NCBI RefSeq assembly: GCF_036321535.1
Contig: NC_087438.1
Location: 684,001 to 748,000, forward strand
Reading direction: 5' to 3'
DNA: 64,000 bases
Source: Camelus dromedarius
Taxonomy: Eukaryota
Below, in pieces: positions 59,484-64,000 of this stretch (its first letter is position 1; the number at the start of each line of letters is the position of its first letter). The notes below the pieces were generated by a model. It had not been told where the DNA came from. It ran no database searches and saw nothing but the letters and a program-made list of their open reading frames with translations. The translations under genes were made by a program, and so were the position numbers.

Positions 59484-61699
59484 CGGGTCCTTCTGGTTTG
59501 TCACTTTATCACGTGGCCGTGACCGGCCCTTGAGGGATGCTCTGGGGTCCAGCAGGGGCTTTGGAAGGAGCAGGACAGCTGACATATAGTGATGTGCAAA
59601 GAGGAGAACGGATGCCACCGCGCTGGCCAGGTGGGCGGGACAAACCAAGGGCTCGGGCGCATCCTCGACGGTCAGGCCCGGCAGCGGTGCTGCTCCCAGA
59701 GCTCCTCCCGGCGCGGCTGCGGGCAGCGGGCAGCGGGCAGCAGCAGCCGACTTGGTCTCCTCCACCCCGGTCTGTAGCTTCTTTTTGAGGATTCTTTGGC
59801 TTCTGTGGTCCCCACCTTAAACAGAAACCCCCAAATCTATTCCCTTTGAATCACCCGGCCCGTGGGTCAGCCAAAGCAAGGGGAGGCGACAGAGGCACAG
59901 GCTCGGTTTCTGGGGGGCACTGCCTGCAGGCTCCATCCCTGGGGGGCTTTGTCTGCAGGCTCCTGGCACCTGCCCATGGCTCCCTTCACACCAGAACCCG
60001 AGGAGGGTGTGACTGCAGGTCAAGGGCCTCCCACAGGCTTGCAGCCCCAGGAAGAGCCAGAAGCCCTCGCCTTCCAGCCAGCGGCAGAGGCACTCCCCAG
60101 ATTCGGGGGGCAGTTTGACTGTCACATGCACAAGATGGTTCAGAGCACTCACCTAATGAGCTTTCACCCAAACCCAGAGCTGCAGGATGTTCAGGTTCGA
60201 ATCCCTTGGAGTCGGGAAACTTGCAAGTCTCTGGAGGCTTGTGGGGATGAAGCACCTGAATTTGGCAAACACCGAACTGCTGAAACTTTGGAATTGGTGT
60301 TTGATCATGGCCAGAGCATTTACACAGGCTTCTGCTCTCCCTCCGCTGGGCAGGGCTCCCCATTTACCTGCTTGCTCCGGGTCTGCCCGCTGGGCTTGTT
60401 AACAGTCGGGACTAGGGCTGCCTGTCCTGGAAGTCCACTGGGTGAGCACCGTGAGGTCTCTGAGGCTTGCTTCTTTCTGCCACTTGAGGATTTGGGGTGG
60501 CTTTGGGAAATTTGGTCTTTTCCAACAGCAAGAAACCAGAGAAACCAGCATGGAAATCCTAATTGTGAAAAAAAAAAAAAAAGAGAGAGAGAGACCGAAC
60601 CTTACACGAGTGTGGCTAATGCTGTGCTGGCGGTGAGGAGCCTCTTCCAGCTCGACCAGAAATGTCTCACCTTCCGCATCCTCTCTTCACGTTACACGTC
60701 AGTCAGTCTGTCTCTGGGAAGCTGGCGATGCTTTAAATCGCTGCATCATAAAATATGGAAATGTTCCCAGGCAGCAGTTCCTACTGTTGGCTAACGATGA
60801 AATACAGCAAAATCCAACTCTGGAACTTCTGGAATTCAACGGATGGACATCACACTTCACGCCTGAAGTTTCCCAACAGAGTGGATTCTGTGCCAGGAGC
60901 CAACTACTGATGTGTGATTGTCACTGGAGGGACTAGCAGGCCCCCCCAACCAGTGACACACACCCCGACCCTGAGGGGTGTCCAACAGCGTGTGCGCAGC
61001 GGTTGGACACTGGGCTGCTCTCGGGAGTAGGTGCAGAGCCTGCTGGTCTGCAGGCCTGGAGCTGTCCCCGCCCGGCTGCAGAGACGGCACTGGGCCGCTG
61101 TCCCTGGTCGGTGAGGAGCCACAGCAGATGGCGAAGAGGGTGAATGTACCCAAAGGAGGGAGAAAGGAACTCCACAGACTCCGACTGTTGAGCCTGGCTT
61201 GGGGCCTGGCCGGTGTTTAAATTACTGATTAAGCCGTTGGTTCGAGAGCAGGGCTGTCCTTCGTGGGGCCACATGTTGCTTCTTGTGTTCGCTGCCACTG
61301 GCCTCGGGGGCGCCCCAGTCCTGCCGGTGCGGGAGGGCCCCGCGTGTGGGTGGAGACAAGTGCAGTGCAGGGTCCGGCACCCCCGTGCCCACCGGACGGC
61401 ACCCCTGGTGTGCGACGCCTGCTCCACCACCTGGGCACCCTGGGGACATGGCGTCCGTGCCTCTGATGTGCAGCCAAGACCCGAGACGGCACCAGGACCC
61501 AAACCAGTCTCAGCTGGTGAGACTGGCTGCCAACAGCGCAACGCAATGGGACACACGCAAACTTCTGACCACAGTGGGGTAGAGACAAACAGCCCAACGT
61601 GCCCCCAAGCCCAGCGCTGGGGCCTGAGGGCCAGACGCTAGTGGCAGGGAGGAGAGAGAGAGAGAGATGGCCCTTGGGCCCTACCAGGACCCTCCAGGC

Positions 61700-61885
61700 T
61701 CTCTGACTAACCTCTGCTCTGTTGCCACTGCTCCCTCCCTGACCTGACAAGGGCCCTCCGACTGACTTAGGGTCCACCTTGCCCAGGATCATCTCTCATC
61801 TGCAAAGTCCCTTGTGCCGGGAGGTCATGCTCCCAGGTTCCAGGATCAGGAAGGGGCACCCCTGAGGCATTACTCTGACCACGAC
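61700..61885 (-). mobile_element. MLT1 (MaLR) LTR fragment
   Basis: ttagggtccacc...ccaggatcatctc...atctgcaaagtccct...caggttccaggatcagga. Confidence 0.7.
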
Positions 61886-62234
61886 ACTCAGGGCGGCAGA
61901 GAGAGTGCAGCTGCTCAGGGGAAACGGCTCTGCCCTCGGGTCCCTTTCCCAGCGCCCCTGGTGGTCACTCCCGCGTGACTCAGTGGACAGAGCCAGACCC
62001 TGGTGCAGCCTGTGGGTAGAGGTTGATGGCATTCTGTCGCCTGTGTAGGCTGGTGTGACCAGCACTGCCATCAGCATACACAACTGTCCTGCCATCTCTG
62101 GGAGGCCCTGTGTGGTGCCCGTCACACCCCCCACCCTGCTGACCAGGAGCCTGCTCTGTGGTGAAACCCTGTCCCTTCAAGACAGTTACGAAGATGGAGA
62201 GTACCACAGGTGAGCTCTGACACTGGTTTTTCCC

Positions 62235-62351
62235 CTCGCCGTGGCCCTGCGCTGCGTGTCGTCGTCTGTCCCCCGCTCGCTGTGACCCTGTGCTGTGTGT
62301 CATCTGTCACCTGCTCGCCGTGACCCTGTGCTGTGTGTCATCGTCTGTCCC
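62235..62351. repeat. 38-41-bp tandem repeat, 3 copies, about 3.1 kb upstream of TERT
   Basis: ctcgc(c/t)gtg(g/a)ccctg(c/t)gctg(c/t)gtgtc(g/a)tc...tgtc units. Confidence 0.85.
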
Positions 62352-62399
62352 TTGGATCTCAGGACAGCATTCTAGGCGCGGGAGTGCAGCTACGTTACC

Positions 62400-62700
62400 C
62401 CGTGGCTCCTTGAGGGGCCCCTGGGTCTCTCCCTCGTTGGAGCTACGACAGATGCAGCTGCTGGACAGCTGACTGGGAGTTTGTGAGCAGTATTCGTAAC
62501 TACATGAGTGTCCCTAACCTGGGGTCCGTGCCCAGGGGTCATGTCCTAGGCACTTGTTAGTCTTCTGTTCTGCAGGGGCTGCGCCAACTTGCATTCCAAC
62601 CAGCAACTTAGGAGAGTCCCCGTTTCTCCGAGTCCTCGCCTGCATTTGGTGGTGTCACTGATTTTTGCTGCAGGTGCTCTGACAGAGGGGGGTGTAGACG
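62400..62700 (-). mobile_element. Decayed L1M ORF2 3' fragment, antisense
   Basis: ggctgcgccaacttgcattccaaccagcaa...gagagtccccgtttctcc...cctcgcc. Confidence 0.65.
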
Positions 62701-64000
62701 AGAGAAACTTGCTGGTCCTGAGAGGCCTTGACTCCTGCAGGGCCAGAGACGCCCGGGAGGAGGCGCCTGGACACGCATCTGGGCACTGGCTGCCACCCCA
62801 AGACCTGCGCTCGGCTGAGGTGGGACTGGCTCTGAGAAGGGATAAGTGACTGACGGAAGGGGCACTGGCCTTCACGGTAGTCACTGAGAGACAGGGAGGC
62901 ACAGCGCTGAGGCAGGCTTGGGGATCAGCGTTTAGGAAGCATTTTCTGAAGAAGCAAAGGGGTCAGAGGCACTGGACTTCCTCCTGGCACCAGAGGGCAA
63001 GGCAGGTGGCCTGTGGGGAAGGGGACAGAGCGGAGGACACAGAAGCTGCAGGACCACCCGCATGGGAGGGGACGGCTGTCCTGCCAGGCCTGGGGGGAGG
63101 GTGGCCCATCCTGGCTCCCAGGTTTCTGCCTCCAGGGAACCCACCGCCCAGCCGCCACTGTTCCCCGTCCTGGGGGTGCAGAGCAGCCCGTTTTATCATC
63201 TCCCCGGTTCTGTCGGTCCGGAGACTGGCTGTTCTCCGGGGGCAGAGTCACACGTGGGTGTGTTTTGTGGTGGTGTGTCACATGTCAGGCTCACTGGAGC
63301 AGTTCTTAATCTTAGCGGTAAGGAGAACCAACACTAAGGAGGGTCTTCGTTTATGCAGAGCTTTACATCCACATGGCTTCCTGCTCAGCAGCCCGCCCGC
63401 CCAGCAGCCCTGGGGAGGAGGTAGGCAGGCGTCCCCGGCTTTTCTTACAGGTGCAGAGGTGGTGGCTTCCTGAAAAGCCCCGATAATTTGGGGGCAGAGC
63501 TGGGACACAGGCCCAGGTTCCCCGAGTGCAGGTCCGGGGTCCCCCATGGCGGCCGGCTGGCACCCGGGAGCTGAAGTCAGCCGGGAGAAGAGGCAGAGGT
63601 TGTGTGTGCAGGGGGAGGGGACCGGGGGCTGGGGGACGTGGCTCCACCGGGTCATAGCTGCCGGGGGCGGGGGCGGGGGCGGGGTGGGGGCTGCTCCCAG
63701 GAGAACTCATCCTTCCACTTTCTCAGCGGACGAGCCTTTCATCTCCTCCCCTGGCGGCTTGGCCACTAATCCGTCCTGACCCGTTTCCACATCTTTGTGT
63801 ACTTTCTCCTGCACCTTAAACCACCTTATGAAAACCAATAAAAAGTGCTTAGGACTAAAAATCCCTCCAAACGGGGTATTCAGTCCTTGCACTTTGACAA
63901 ACACGGTTCAGCTCCTCTTACACACATGACTTCCACTTTCTGCACCCTTGAAAGTTATTTGATGAAATTTAAGAAAGCAGTAAGATAAAATTATCCCGTC

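Larger units (their letters stand above)
58300..59750. promoter_or_regulatory. TERT CpG island spanning promoter, exon 1, intron 1 and 5' exon 2
   Basis: Very dense CpG/GC sequence; GC boxes GGGGCGGGG at 59201-59209 and 59223-59231; E-box CACGTG at 59510-59515. Confidence 0.9.

Noticed and set aside
58316..59533. 405-aa plus-strand ORF antisense to TERT exons 1-2
   Set aside because: CpG-island and antisense-codon artefact with no domain. Non-coding antisense transcription cannot be judged from sequence.
59862..60794. 310-aa plus-strand ORF upstream of TERT
   Set aside because: Non-ATG start, runs through a poly-A/GA microsatellite, no recognisable homology.
63780..64000. Possible 3' end of the next syntenic gene CLPTM1L
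   Set aside because: No coding similarity seen, and the AATAAA at 63837-63842 is on the plus strand, opposite to the expected orientation.

Overview
GC-rich mammalian genomic DNA containing the conserved SLC6A19 - SLC6A18 - TERT block (the gene order of human 5p15.33). All three genes can be rebuilt by hand with GT-AG introns and open frames. SLC6A19/B0AT1 is on + (12 exons, CDS 1761-17459, 634 aa). SLC6A18/B0AT3 is on + (12 exons, CDS 20519-36110, 620 aa). TERT is on - (16 exons, CDS 59167-41008, 1133 aa), tail-to-tail with SLC6A18, with its CpG-island promoter inside the window. A tRNA-Ala-derived SINE with a TAAA-repeat tail resembling the camelid vic-1 family suggests a camelid genome (inference). 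Most ORFs in the supplied track are GC-rich noise. I see no new gene system. The most unusual features are regulatory: (1) a perfect 13-bp tandem duplication of the TERT exon-2 splice donor, creating a competing frameshifting donor; (2) a 90-nt in-frame, stop-free TERT intron 1; (3) a compact TERT promoter with a 22-bp-period ETS+GC-box duplication and no proximal E-box; (4) R6Q in the TERT mitochondrial-targeting segment; (5) a 41-bp inverted repeat and a G4-type minisatellite in SLC6A19 introns. Comparisons with human sequences and repeat-family names are from memory, not from a search.
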